64,000 nt of DNA from an uncultured Eubacteriales bacterium. GTDB lineage: Bacteria; Acidobacteriota; Aminicenantia; Aminicenantales; Aminicenantaceae. This document shows positions 30,111 through 40,362 of the stretch, piece after piece. Where the stretch lies: contig CAZPBN010000003.1 in NCBI GenBank assembly GCA_964584935.1, positions 39,880 to 103,879 of the forward strand. The letters run 5' to 3'. The notes beneath the pieces were generated by a model. That model did no database searches, was not told where the DNA came from, and was given only the letters and a program-made list of their open reading frames with translations. The first letter of the stretch is position 1; the number at the start of each line of letters is the position of its first letter. The position numbers and the translations under genes were made by a program.

Positions 30111-30797
30111 ATGGATGCAGCTAAATCAATCGTTGTTGTTGATGACGAACCGGATATTCTGGAATTGGTCTCTCTTCATCTTCGCAAGTCCGGCTACAAA
30201 GTTGATGCTTTCACTGATGGGAAGTCATTTTATAACTCTCTGAAGACTAACAATCCTTCTCTTATTATTCTTGATCTTATGCTTCCAGATATGGACGGCC
30301 TTGAGATATGCAAAGACATTAAAAAGTCAGATAAATATATGAATATTCCGGTTATAATGTTGACAGCTAGAGGAGAGGAGGCTGAACGAGTCCTAGGGCT
30401 GGAACTCGGCGCAGATGACTACGTCACAAAGCCCTTTTCTCCAAGGGAATTGGTGGCGAGGGTTAATGCTGTCCTTAGAAGGCCAAATCATGTGACCAAC
30501 TCTAGACAAATAAAAATTGGTGAAAAAATCAAGATGGACATTGATCGATATGAACTCCAGGTTGAAAATAAGAAAATCAATTTAACCTCGACAGAGTTCC
30601 GCATTCTGCATTTACTTGCATCCAAAAAAGGATGGGTATTCTCTAGAAACGAAATCCTTGATTCTCTCTGGGGACAGGAAAAAGTTGTTGTAGACAGAAG
30701 TATCGACGTGCATATAAAGCATCTTAGAGAAAAATTAGGATCCGAGTCTTCTCTCATTGTCAATGTCAGAGGCGTTGGATATAAAATCCAGGAATGA
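30111..30797 (+). CDS. OmpR/PhoB-family response regulator
   Basis: Receiver domain (DDEPDI, ILDLMLPDMDG, KP) and a winged-helix output domain (LTSTEFRILHLL, VRGVGYK). Confidence 0.9.
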   Translation: MDAAKSIVVVDDEPDILELVSLHLRKSGYKVDAFTDGKSFYNSLKTNNPSLIILDLMLPDMDGLEICKDIKKSDKYMNIPVIMLTARGEEAERVLGLELGADDYVTKPFSPRELVARVNAVLRRPNHVTNSRQIKIGEKIKMDIDRYELQVENKKINLTSTEFRILHLLASKKGWVFSRNEILDSLWGQEKVVVDRSIDVHIKHLREKLGSESSLIVNVRGVGYKIQE

Positions 30798-32524
30798 AAA
30801 ATACGATTTTTCTGAAAATCTTCAGCGGATTTCTTTTATTCACCCTCCTCCTTACAGGAATAACCGCATTTATCTATTATAACAATGTTAAATCTTTTCA
30901 CATAAACACCCTGGTTAGAGATCTTGTGAAGCTATCTGAAGCGTCGAAACCAAACATCCTTCCTATGCTTGAACAGGGATTATTCTCTGAACTTGATTCT
31001 TACGTTAAAGATTTGGGTTCAAAAATCGAAACCAGGATCACAATAATTAACCAAAAGGGAACTGTTCTCGCAGATTCGGATGAAAATCCAGAGACTATGG
31101 AGGATCATAAGTTTCGTCCAGAAGTTATCCGAGCCTTTGAGGGATTTATCGGACAATCTATCCGTTTCAGTAAAACAGTCAGAGAAAATATGCTTTATGT
31201 TGGCGTTCCCATTCTAAAAAATGGTCAGGTAACCCATGTCCTTCGTTTGAGTCTGTACATTTATGATATAAAGCGCTTACTGGGGAACCTCAAATCCAAT
31301 CTCTTTCGTTTTTTCGCTGTTATATTTTTACTTTCTCTGATTGTAGCCCTTTTTTACACGCGGAACCTAACCCGTCCCATAAGGAAACTCAGCCATGCTT
31401 CCCGACAGATTGCCTCTGGAAATTTTAAAGTAAATGTATTCGTGAAGAACAAGGACGAACTGCGTAAATTAGCGGACAGTTTCAATTTTATGTCAGAAAG
31501 AATCTGCGATCTTTTTGAAGAATTGACTTCTCAGAAAGAAAAACTCAACAGCACAATGGATTCAATAGAAGAAGGATTGGTTATAATCAATATTTCGAAT
31601 AACAGAATTCTTCGGGGAAATCTTAGTTTTGCTCATATTGTCGATCAAAAGGATATTGCAGGGAAGTATTACTGGGAAGTTTTAAGAGAATCTGATTTTG
31701 GAGAGCTCATACATCAAGTACAGAAAGACAACAGCTCCCATTCAAAAGAAATCATTCTGGACGGACGTATCTATGCTTGTACTGTGAATCGACTGGAAGA
31801 AAGTTCAGAAATTGTTGCCACCTTTCATGATATCACTGAAATCAAGAATCTGGAGAAAATAAAAAAGGAATTTGTGCTTAATGTTTCTCATGAATTACGG
31901 ACTCCCTTGACATCAATCAAAGGATATCTGGAGACCTTTTATTACGAGGCTAATAAAAAACAACGAAAATATCTAGACATTGCCAGACGAAACACAGAAA
32001 GGTTGATCAAGATCGTTGAAGACCTTCTGGTTCTTTCAGAACTCGAAACAGAAGAGATAAAAATCGAACTGAAAAAAATAGATATCAGGGAATTGTTAGT
32101 TATGACTTCAAAAATTTTCGAACAGCGTGCCAAAGAAAAAAATCTCGAACTGCACCTAAATCTACCCAAGAAACTTCCTCCTGTTACAGGAGACCGATTC
32201 AGGCTAGAACAAATGCTCATCAACCTCATGGACAATGCAGTCAAATATACCGAGGAAGGGGAAATTACTCTCTCCGCATTTAAGGATAACGTCAACCTTT
32301 GTATTGAAGTCAGTGATACAGGTATTGGCATCCCTTCCAGAGAAAAATCCCGTGTGTTTGAACGATTCTACGTTGGGAATAAATCCAGATCACGCCGCAG
32401 CGGCGGGACAGGACTGGGCCTTTCTATTGTTAAACACATCATTCAAATACATAAGGGAAAAATTGAGCTGGAAAGCACTCACGGAGTTGGCACAACTTTC
32501 CGGATATTTCTTCCCGCTCATTGA
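30794..32524 (+). CDS. PhoR-like sensor histidine kinase (2 TM, HAMP, PAS, HisKA, HATPase_c)
   Basis: H-box SHELRTPLTSIKGY, N-box LMDNAVKYT, and G-boxes DTGIGI and GTGLGLSIV. A 4-nt overlap with the regulator gene. Confidence 0.9.
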   Translation: MKNTIFLKIFSGFLLFTLLLTGITAFIYYNNVKSFHINTLVRDLVKLSEASKPNILPMLEQGLFSELDSYVKDLGSKIETRITIINQKGTVLADSDENPETMEDHKFRPEVIRAFEGFIGQSIRFSKTVRENMLYVGVPILKNGQVTHVLRLSLYIYDIKRLLGNLKSNLFRFFAVIFLLSLIVALFYTRNLTRPIRKLSHASRQIASGNFKVNVFVKNKDELRKLADSFNFMSERICDLFEELTSQKEKLNSTMDSIEEGLVIINISNNRILRGNLSFAHIVDQKDIAGKYYWEVLRESDFGELIHQVQKDNSSHSKEIILDGRIYACTVNRLEESSEIVATFHDITEIKNLEKIKKEFVLNVSHELRTPLTSIKGYLETFYYEANKKQRKYLDIARRNTERLIKIVEDLLVLSELETEEIKIELKKIDIRELLVMTSKIFEQRAKEKNLELHLNLPKKLPPVTGDRFRLEQMLINLMDNAVKYTEEGEITLSAFKDNVNLCIEVSDTGIGIPSREKSRVFERFYVGNKSRSRRSGGTGLGLSIVKHIIQIHKGKIELESTHGVGTTFRIFLPAH

Positions 32525-32844
32525 TATTTCCCCAAACAATCGGATCCTGGTGAATTTTCAGAAGATTCAGCCAGTGAATAAAGTTGTCCTTCCCTTTGCA
32601 CAACTTTTTTATGTTCCTATAAACATTTTTTTATAAAAAATTCAAATTGACTCCGCTCAATGAATCCATTTCTGAATAATATTTCTTGGCAAGAACCTTA
32701 TCTTCCTTTAATTTTCGATGAAAACCAGGAACAATACTCCTCAATGAAATATATTTCTTTTTGAATTCTTAACGTCTGGACACAAAAAATATATATGGAA
32801 AAAAAACAATTGAGTCAAGCAAAGACTTAATCCCTTTAGAAAAC

Positions 32845-32873
32845 TTGACCCCTTTATAAAAAAAAAATATAAT
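32845..32873 (+). promoter_or_regulatory. Near-consensus promoter TTGACC-17-TATAAT only 13 nt upstream of the GT4 start codon
   Basis: Hexamers at 32845-32850 and 32868-32873, ATG at 32887, and no Shine-Dalgarno sequence between them. Confidence 0.45.
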
Positions 32874-32886
32874 CGAAGCAAAAAAT

Positions 32887-34104
32887 ATGAATATTCTTTT
32901 CATCTCGGATGTGTCGATTAAAGAAGTAATTGGCGGGGCTGAAAGAGTCCTTTACGAACAAACTACAAGACTCGCTGAAAGAGCAAACCATGTTTGCATC
33001 ATCACTCGAAAACTTCCTTTTCATATGAAAGATCAAGAACAGATAAAAAATGTTAAAGAATTCAGATATCAGGTCAATCGAAAAAACAACTTTTCATTCC
33101 TTTTGTCTTCTCTTATCAATTCAATAAAATTATTCTCTAGATTAAATAAGGAATATAACTTTGACATAATCAATTTTCATCAACCTTTTTCTGCATTGGG
33201 AATAAACCTGACCAAAAAAAGCAGACTCAGTAAAAAAATATACACCTGTTTATCTTTATCTTTTAAAGAATTTGAGGTTCGCAATCCAGCCCCTAATAAA
33301 ATAATCCCCAGAATAACTCATAAGATAAATTCCTATCTCCGAAGAATCATGGAAAAATTCAGTATTTCAAAAAGTGATCTGATAATAGTTTTGAGCGAGT
33401 TCACAAAACATTCACTCATTGAAAAATATGGAATAAAACCAGAAAAAATTCATAAAATTCCTGGAGGAGTGGACCTGGATACATTCAAATATGTTGATGA
33501 TAAAAAAAATGTCCGCCAACGTTTAGGTGTTCCCTCCGAAATATTTTTGACTTTTACAGTCAGAAACTTGGTTCCAAGAATGGGCCTTGAAAATTTGATA
33601 TGTGCTATGAAAAAAATAAAAAGTTCTTACCAAGATATTCATCTTATAATAGGAGGGGAAGGCCCCCTAAAACAAAAGCTGATTAATTTAATCAAATCAT
33701 TAAATCTGGAAAAAAATATAGAACTCACAGGATTCATTCCCCATAAAAAGTTACCTCTTTTCTATCAGGCATCTGATTTTTTTATATTGCCCACAAAATG
33801 CATGGAGGGATTTGGACTGGTGACAATAGAAGCCATGGCTTGCGGAACACCTGTTCTGGGAACTCCTGTTGGTGGAACAAAAGAAATTTTAAATGGATTT
33901 GATTCCAGTTTCTTGTTTGAAGATATAAGTCCTCAATCAATAATAGAATTGATCCTACAAAAATATAAGTATTATAAAAAAAATCCCGATATGTATAAAA
34001 AGCTGTCCCAACGCAGCAGAAAATATGTTGAAAACAATTATTCCTGGGAAAAAAATGCTTTCAAAACAGAAGTTCTATTCAATAAATTAATAAATCAGAA
34101 ATAA
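32887..34104 (+). CDS. Glycosyltransferase family 4 (GT-B, Glycos_transf_1)
   Basis: GGAERV N-terminus and EGFGLVTIEAMACGTPVLGT C-terminal motif. Confidence 0.85.
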   Translation: MNILFISDVSIKEVIGGAERVLYEQTTRLAERANHVCIITRKLPFHMKDQEQIKNVKEFRYQVNRKNNFSFLLSSLINSIKLFSRLNKEYNFDIINFHQPFSALGINLTKKSRLSKKIYTCLSLSFKEFEVRNPAPNKIIPRITHKINSYLRRIMEKFSISKSDLIIVLSEFTKHSLIEKYGIKPEKIHKIPGGVDLDTFKYVDDKKNVRQRLGVPSEIFLTFTVRNLVPRMGLENLICAMKKIKSSYQDIHLIIGGEGPLKQKLINLIKSLNLEKNIELTGFIPHKKLPLFYQASDFFILPTKCMEGFGLVTIEAMACGTPVLGTPVGGTKEILNGFDSSFLFEDISPQSIIELILQKYKYYKKNPDMYKKLSQRSRKYVENNYSWEKNAFKTEVLFNKLINQK

Positions 34105-34107
34105 ACC

Positions 34108-36048
34108 ATGTGTGGATTTTGTGGAATCATCGATACTGAAGGAAAAGAAATCAAAAGAAAATCAATCGATAGAATGAATTCACTCCTTTCCCACAGAGGT
34201 CCCGATGATGAAGGAATCTATATTGAAAATAAGCCTCATAGAAGTTCAACCCCTGTAATCTCTATAGGACTGGGTCATAAGAGACTAAGTATAATTGACC
34301 TTTCAAAAGCTGGAAGACAGCCTATGTCAAACGAAGATAAATCCCTCTGGATGGTGTTTAACGGCGAAGTTTATAACTATATCAAACTGAAAAAAGAAAT
34401 GGAAAATTATGGGCATCATTTTAAATCCCAAACAGATTGTGAGGTGGTTATTCATCTATACGAACAGGAAGGAATAGAATCCGTAAATCAGTTGAATGGA
34501 ATGTTTGCATTCGCTTTATGGGACAGCAAAGCACAAATCCTATATTTATGCAGGGACAGATTGGGAATTAAACCTTTATATTATTACCGGAATGCAAATT
34601 CACTGATATTTGCTTCTGAAATTAAAAGTATTTTATGCGATCCTCAGGTTCCAAAGGAGATAGACTGGAATGCATTGAATCTTTATTTAACTTTTAACTA
34701 TATTCCTGCTCCTTATACCATTTTCGAAAATATAAAAAAATTAGAACCTGGTTGTTTCATTAAATTTGGGAAAAGCATATTTCAAAAAAAGCAATATTGG
34801 GATGTTAGAAACGACAAAAGACCTTATGAAAACAATGCAGAAAACCTAGATGTTTATAAAAAAAACTTATATGGGCTTTTAAAAGATTCTGTAAAAAAAC
34901 GGCTTATCACAGATGTCCCACTAGGAGCATTCCTAAGCGGAGGAATAGATTCAAGTATAATCGTTGGCTTGATGTCCCAAATCTCCAGTCAGCCTGTTAA
35001 AACATATTCCATAGGATATAAAGATATGCCTTTGTTCGATGAAACCAATTATGCCCAGGAAGTTGCTAAATTAAATAATACAGAACATCATGAAATAATG
35101 CTAACCAGCAAGGATGTTTTAAATGTCATCCCTGAAATTCTAAATTATTTTGACGAACCGTTTGCAGATTCTTCAGCTATTCCAACTTGTATTGTTTCCC
35201 GGGAATCAAGCAAATATGTAAAGGTAGCACTGTCAGGAGACGGAGGAGACGAATTGTTTGCCGGTTACAGGATGTATTCCGGAGAATACTGGTATTCGTT
35301 TTACAGGTTGATTCCTTCACTAATAAGAAACAAACTTATTAAACCTTTATTTCAATGGCTCCCTGCTTCCAGAGATATATATTTTCTGGAACATATAAGG
35401 AGAATGAAGAAATTTATTTCAGGAACACAAGATACTTTAGAAAACCGTTTTTTTTCATGGAACGAAATATTCAGTGAAAGCCTCCGGAGAAAACTCATTA
35501 AAGAAAAACCAAACGATTCCACAATAAATTTCAGCCTGGGAAAAGATATGATAGAAAAAAAAATGGACTGTTTTTACAGCGATAAGATAAACAGGATGCT
35601 ATATACGGATTTAAGACTATCTCTACCAAGTGATATGCTTGCCAAGGTTGACATGATGAGCATGAAAAATTCTTTAGAAGTCAGAGTTCCTTTTCTTGAT
35701 CACAGGGTCGTGGAGTATGTGTTTCAAATGCCTGGCAGCCTGAAACTCAGAGCCAAAAAAGGAAAATACATTCTTCTTGAAACGTTTAAACCCCTATTGC
35801 CTCCCAGCCTATTGAAAAAACCAAAATGGGGATTTGAAATTCCTATAAGCAGATGGCTAAAATCGGATCTAAATTTTCTAATAGATGAATATCTTTCAAA
35901 AAATTTAATAAAAAAACAAAAATTATTTGATTTCAGAGTAATCGATGGATTGGTTAAAAATCTCAGTTCAAACCGCTTTGATACTTCCTGGCATCTGTGG
36001 AATTTAATTATTTTCCAAGCCTGGTATTCAAAATATTTTCAACCTTAA
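34108..36048 (+). CDS. asnB: Asparagine synthase (glutamine-hydrolysing)-family amidotransferase
   Basis: N-terminal nucleophile MCGFCGI, PP-loop LSGGIDSS, and embedding between two GT4 genes. Confidence 0.9.
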   Translation: MCGFCGIIDTEGKEIKRKSIDRMNSLLSHRGPDDEGIYIENKPHRSSTPVISIGLGHKRLSIIDLSKAGRQPMSNEDKSLWMVFNGEVYNYIKLKKEMENYGHHFKSQTDCEVVIHLYEQEGIESVNQLNGMFAFALWDSKAQILYLCRDRLGIKPLYYYRNANSLIFASEIKSILCDPQVPKEIDWNALNLYLTFNYIPAPYTIFENIKKLEPGCFIKFGKSIFQKKQYWDVRNDKRPYENNAENLDVYKKNLYGLLKDSVKKRLITDVPLGAFLSGGIDSSIIVGLMSQISSQPVKTYSIGYKDMPLFDETNYAQEVAKLNNTEHHEIMLTSKDVLNVIPEILNYFDEPFADSSAIPTCIVSRESSKYVKVALSGDGGDELFAGYRMYSGEYWYSFYRLIPSLIRNKLIKPLFQWLPASRDIYFLEHIRRMKKFISGTQDTLENRFFSWNEIFSESLRRKLIKEKPNDSTINFSLGKDMIEKKMDCFYSDKINRMLYTDLRLSLPSDMLAKVDMMSMKNSLEVRVPFLDHRVVEYVFQMPGSLKLRAKKGKYILLETFKPLLPPSLLKKPKWGFEIPISRWLKSDLNFLIDEYLSKNLIKKQKLFDFRVIDGLVKNLSSNRFDTSWHLWNLIIFQAWYSKYFQP

Positions 36049-36052
36049 TCAA

Positions 36053-37255
36053 TTGAATAAAATTAGAGTCCTTCATATCATAACCAGATTTGATAAAGGC
36101 GGTTCAGCTTACAATACATTCCTCACCTTGCGGGATCTAACAAAATCAGATTTCAAGCTCTCCCTGGTAGCCGGATTGTCTTTTGAATCTGAAATGAATC
36201 AAGAAGAACTCAAGTCAAGGAATGAAAACATCAGAAAGCTCAGGGCATACGGTGTTGAATACATTGTATGTCCTTTCTTAACAAGAAAAATAAATATTAT
36301 CAAAGATTTCAAAGCATTTGTTTCACTCAGAAAGACAATAAAAAAAAATAAACCTTCAATCGTTCATACCCATTCTTCCAAAGCAGGATTCCTGGGAAGA
36401 ATAGCAGCAAAAATTGAGAAAGTTCCTCATATAATCCATACTCCCCACGGACATGTATTCTCTGGATATTTTGGCTGCTTCAAAACAAAGCTATTCATGG
36501 TTCTAGAAAGATTAGCAGCAAAAATAACCGATACACTCATCGCCCTGGCAAAACAAGAAAAAAACGACTATATCCACTATAGAATAGCAAAGGAAAATAA
36601 GTTGAGAGTTATTCCCAGTGGAATTGAAATGGAAAATTTTAAAGAACCAACTCTTCGAGAAAAAGTAAAAGCCCGGAAAAAACTTGGTATCCCGGAAAAA
36701 GCGGTGGTTGTTGGAACAGCAGGAAGGCTTGTTCCTGTAAAGGGGCCTGAATACCTGGTCAAAGCAGCAAAACATGTCCTGTCTTCGTATCCTGATACAG
36801 TATTCATTTTTGCAGGAGACGGCTACTTATGGAAAAATTTAGAAAAAAAAGCTATTGAATTGAAAATATTAAAAAATATTTATTTTTTAGGGTGGAGGGA
36901 AGATATTTGCAGAATTATGTCCATATATGATATTTTTGTTCTTCCTTCCCTTAATGAAGGAATGGGAAGAGTTTTAATCGAAGCGATGGCGCTGGGAAAG
37001 CCAATTGTGGCAAGCAACGTGGGAAGCATCCCTGACCTGATCGATCATGGAAAAAACGGGTATTTGGTTTCTGCAAAAAATCCATTCCAACTGGCTGATT
37101 CAATAAAAAAACTTATCAAAAATAATAAAATGAGAAATAAAATGGGCAGAGAAGGAAAGAAAAAAGCTGAGTCTTTCACAGCCGAAACAATGGTCAAAAA
37201 AATAAAAGCTCTCTACAAAGAACTATTGGAGTCTCAAGGTGAACACACTTCTTGA
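36053..37255 (+). CDS. Glycosyltransferase family 4
   Basis: FDKGGSAYN N-terminus and EGMGRVLIEAMALGKPIVASNVG motif. TTG start. Confidence 0.85.
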   Translation: MNKIRVLHIITRFDKGGSAYNTFLTLRDLTKSDFKLSLVAGLSFESEMNQEELKSRNENIRKLRAYGVEYIVCPFLTRKINIIKDFKAFVSLRKTIKKNKPSIVHTHSSKAGFLGRIAAKIEKVPHIIHTPHGHVFSGYFGCFKTKLFMVLERLAAKITDTLIALAKQEKNDYIHYRIAKENKLRVIPSGIEMENFKEPTLREKVKARKKLGIPEKAVVVGTAGRLVPVKGPEYLVKAAKHVLSSYPDTVFIFAGDGYLWKNLEKKAIELKILKNIYFLGWREDICRIMSIYDIFVLPSLNEGMGRVLIEAMALGKPIVASNVGSIPDLIDHGKNGYLVSAKNPFQLADSIKKLIKNNKMRNKMGREGKKKAESFTAETMVKKIKALYKELLESQGEHTS

Positions 37256-37590
37256 AAAAATATTTTATATCATTTTTTTAATACTACCATTTTCTATAAT
37301 TATTACCTATTTCACTATTCGTCTTTTCAAAATAAACAAAACAGCTACCAATTTCTTGATATTATTTCTTTTATTATTTATAAGTATGACCTTCTTTTTA
37401 TTTATGTTCACATCATAAAAAATTCAATGTTGGATTATTTTTCAATCAATTAATGGAACAATTGAAAATTAGCCCCCTCTCCACCCGCAAATATCAAAAT
37501 GAACACCTCAATAAAATCATAACAAAATTGAATTGAAAAATCCCTTTTCTATCTCTTTCTCGGATTGTCAACAAAACATTCCTTGTATAA

Positions 37591-38670
37591 TCAATTTGAG
37601 TTGTCTTTTAGCTTTTTTCCTGCAATCATTAAAATGGCAATGATAACAAAAATTATCAGTCCTTGAAAAAGCGAAAGATATATTCTGAGGTCGGTTCCTG
37701 CTTTTAGAATGATCCCACTGATGCAAATACAGGCCGTAACCAGATAAATTAGCAGAACAGTTTGGGTTTCGCTAAATCCAAGCTTAATCAGCCTGTGGTG
37801 GAGATGATCCTTTCCTGTATAGTCCAGCCACTCTCTAAAATTTTTTATCTTGTTTTCCTTTATTCTGAAAATAGTTATGTAAATCATATCAAAAATAAAA
37901 ACACTTAAAATTAAAATAGGCAGGCCCAAGGCAACTTTTGGATTTTTTTCAGCCCACCCTCCCATTACTGCTATTCCCGCCAATGTGAATCCCAAAAAAG
38001 TACTTCCTGCATCTCCGAGAAAGATGGTTGCCGGTTTAAAATTGTATTTAATAAATCCCAAACTGCTTCCTGCCAATGCAATTGTCAGGTAACTCAAATA
38101 AGACTGATTGGTTATAAAAGCCACTACAAAAAAGGAAATCGAACAGATAATGGTTAATCCCGTAGCCAGGCCGTCCATTCCATCAAAAAAATTAACCGCA
38201 TTTGTAATTCCTATGACCCAGAAAATAGTTAAAAAAATTTCTCCATGATTCCCCAGCCATGTGTTCGGAAGAAAACTCAATCGTACTCCGCATATAATCA
38301 GAGCACTGGAGGCAGCAAATTGGGCTAATAATTTCCAAACCGCAGGGATTTTCTTTATGTCATCTACCAAACCCACAAGTAATATGATGGTTCCTCCTGT
38401 AACCACACCTTTTAATTCAATTGAAAAACTAAAATTCAAAAATATAACAGTCACAAATGAGATATATATTGCCAATCCTCCAAGAAGAGGGGTTGGTTTG
38501 TTGTGTATCTTCCTTATTTCAGGAACATCAAAGATTTTGAGTTTCACAGAAATATATCTTATAAATGGTGTGAGTATGAAAGCTATGAGAAAAGAAAAAA
38601 GTAAAAGATAAAGCCATCTCAACGGTTCTTCCGAAAGAAAAAAATAAATATTATCTAGAATATATCTCAT
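37591..38670 (-). CDS. WecA/MraY-family polyprenyl-phosphate hexosamine-1-phosphate transferase
   Basis: Polytopic. VDDIKKIP, NAVNFFDGMDGLA and FLGDAGS motifs. The ATG at 38670 avoids overlap with the DegT gene; the ORF-track start is 38715. Confidence 0.85.
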   Translation of the reverse strand: MRYILDNIYFFLSEEPLRWLYLLLFSFLIAFILTPFIRYISVKLKIFDVPEIRKIHNKPTPLLGGLAIYISFVTVIFLNFSFSIELKGVVTGGTIILLVGLVDDIKKIPAVWKLLAQFAASSALIICGVRLSFLPNTWLGNHGEIFLTIFWVIGITNAVNFFDGMDGLATGLTIICSISFFVVAFITNQSYLSYLTIALAGSSLGFIKYNFKPATIFLGDAGSTFLGFTLAGIAVMGGWAEKNPKVALGLPILILSVFIFDMIYITIFRIKENKIKNFREWLDYTGKDHLHHRLIKLGFSETQTVLLIYLVTACICISGIILKAGTDLRIYLSLFQGLIIFVIIAILMIAGKKLKDNSN

Positions 38671-38677
38671 GGCTTTT

Positions 38678-39736
38678 TTAAGAACATTTGAAAATCTCTT
38701 TAACCGCAGTGACAATTCTTTCTATTTCATGTTGGGTTAAGGATGGATACAGAGGAATGGATATTGTTTTTTCCCAGGCAGCATCGGTATTTGGGAAACC
38801 TGGTATATTCAAATACACATGAAGCGGCTTATAAACAGGGGGTAAAAATCTGATTTTTCTCACTCTTAGCTTTTTTAAATATTCAGTGGCTTTCCTCTTT
38901 GTTTCAATAACAAAACGATAATAGATATGGCTCTTGTTATCTCTCCGCAAGGGCAACGAAAAATCACAGTCTTTGAATTCCTTGAAATAATGCCTGGCTA
39001 TCTCTATTCTTCTATCAATAAACTTATCCAACTTTGATAATTGATCCATTCCCAGAGATGCCTGGATATCTGTCATTTTATAATTATAACGCAGTATGTA
39101 TTTTTTTTTATTATCATAATCTCTGATGTCTTTAATCTTGGATATAAGAGCTTTTGAGTTGCTTAATACCATCCCTCCTTCGCCGCAGGTTAACACTTTT
39201 GTCGCATAAAAAGAAAATGCAGACATTAAACCAAAGCTTCCTGCTTTCCTTCCTTTATAAACAGCACCTGCCGCCTGGGCACAATCTTCAATCACAGGAA
39301 TATTTATTTTCATTAGTCGATCCACTTCGGCAATGCATCCAAACATATGAGGAACAATAATAGCCTTTGTTTTTTTTGTAATAGCTCTTTTTACTTCATC
39401 GATAGAAATGTTATAAGTTAAGGGATCGATATCAACAATAACCGGAGTGGCTCCTGTGTAGTTCACTGCATTGAGAACTGCTGTGCAAACATAGGAAGGA
39501 ATAATAACTTCATCCTTCTCTCCTATTTCCAAAACTCTTAAAGCCATATGCAGAGCAGATGTTCCGGAACTTGAAGCTGCCGCATATTTCACACCAATAT
39601 ACTTTTGAAACATATCTTCAAATTTAGCTACTTTTGGCCCCTGTGCAAGTTGTCCTGACTCTATAGTCGAATCCACCCTCTCAAGGGCTGATCTATCTAT
39701 AAATGGACTGGAATGCGGGATAAATTTTTTCCCCAT
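38678..39736 (-). CDS. DegT/DnrJ/EryC1/StrS-family sugar aminotransferase
   Basis: SGTSALHMAL, and SFYATKVLTCGEGG carrying the PLP lysine. Confidence 0.9.
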   Translation of the reverse strand: MGKKFIPHSSPFIDRSALERVDSTIESGQLAQGPKVAKFEDMFQKYIGVKYAAASSSGTSALHMALRVLEIGEKDEVIIPSYVCTAVLNAVNYTGATPVIVDIDPLTYNISIDEVKRAITKKTKAIIVPHMFGCIAEVDRLMKINIPVIEDCAQAAGAVYKGRKAGSFGLMSAFSFYATKVLTCGEGGMVLSNSKALISKIKDIRDYDNKKKYILRYNYKMTDIQASLGMDQLSKLDKFIDRRIEIARHYFKEFKDCDFSLPLRRDNKSHIYYRFVIETKRKATEYLKKLRVRKIRFLPPVYKPLHVYLNIPGFPNTDAAWEKTISIPLYPSLTQHEIERIVTAVKEIFKCS

Positions 39737-40362
39737 TATAGATCACGTAAGAATCTGAATGATTTAAATGCTTCCGCATATTTGACTTTCCCTTGAAATC
39801 CCCTAAAATTTGCTGTCGCTTTGACACTTTCAACCATATCCAGGTTAGTGGGATAGGATTTGCTTACTTGGGAAGCAAAAATCTTGATCAATTTCTGCTT
39901 TTCTTCCAAAACATCTTCAATATCCACAAATATATCAGGATCAAAATTGATTGATGTGTAATCTTCATAAAAGAAAACCTTCTTTATATATCTGGTTGCA
40001 GCAAAAGTGCAAGAAGCCAAGGTTCTGTGATCCTGATGGATGTCCTCAATATAATTCACATAGACTTCATCAGGTTTTGTCTTCTCAATGACCTTATCAA
40101 TACTGGAAATAATTTGTCTGTTATTCGGCAGCTCAGTATCAGTATATCCCCCCCAAAAAATTTGTTTTACTCCAAGCATTCTTGATGCTTCTTCTTGCTC
40201 TCTTTCCCTGATATTTTCATCACCTCCGTATTCCCCCTTAGTCAGAATCATATAGAATATATTCACTCCTTTTCTGACCATTTTGAGAAAAGTCCCTCCA
40301 CAACCGTATTCTATATCATCAGGATGAGCTCCAAGTGCTAAAACATTCATCTTAGTTCTCAT
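39736..40362 (-). CDS. PIG-L/LmbE-family deacetylase
   Basis: LALGAHPDDIEYGCGGT and HQDH zinc-binding motifs. Confidence 0.85.
   Translation of the reverse strand: MRTKMNVLALGAHPDDIEYGCGGTFLKMVRKGVNIFYMILTKGEYGGDENIREREQEEASRMLGVKQIFWGGYTDTELPNNRQIISSIDKVIEKTKPDEVYVNYIEDIHQDHRTLASCTFAATRYIKKVFFYEDYTSINFDPDIFVDIEDVLEEKQKLIKIFASQVSKSYPTNLDMVESVKATANFRGFQGKVKYAEAFKSFRFLRDL

Noticed and set aside
34108-36048. The Asn-synthetase homologue as the missing lasso cyclase for the RiPP locus.
   Set aside because: It keeps the N-terminal Cys nucleophile (MCGFCGI) of true glutamine amidotransferases, which the lasso cyclases I recall lack. It is embedded between two glycosyltransferase genes 13 kb from the B1/B2 genes. 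A trans-acting role cannot be excluded without phylogeny, so it remains worth one check.
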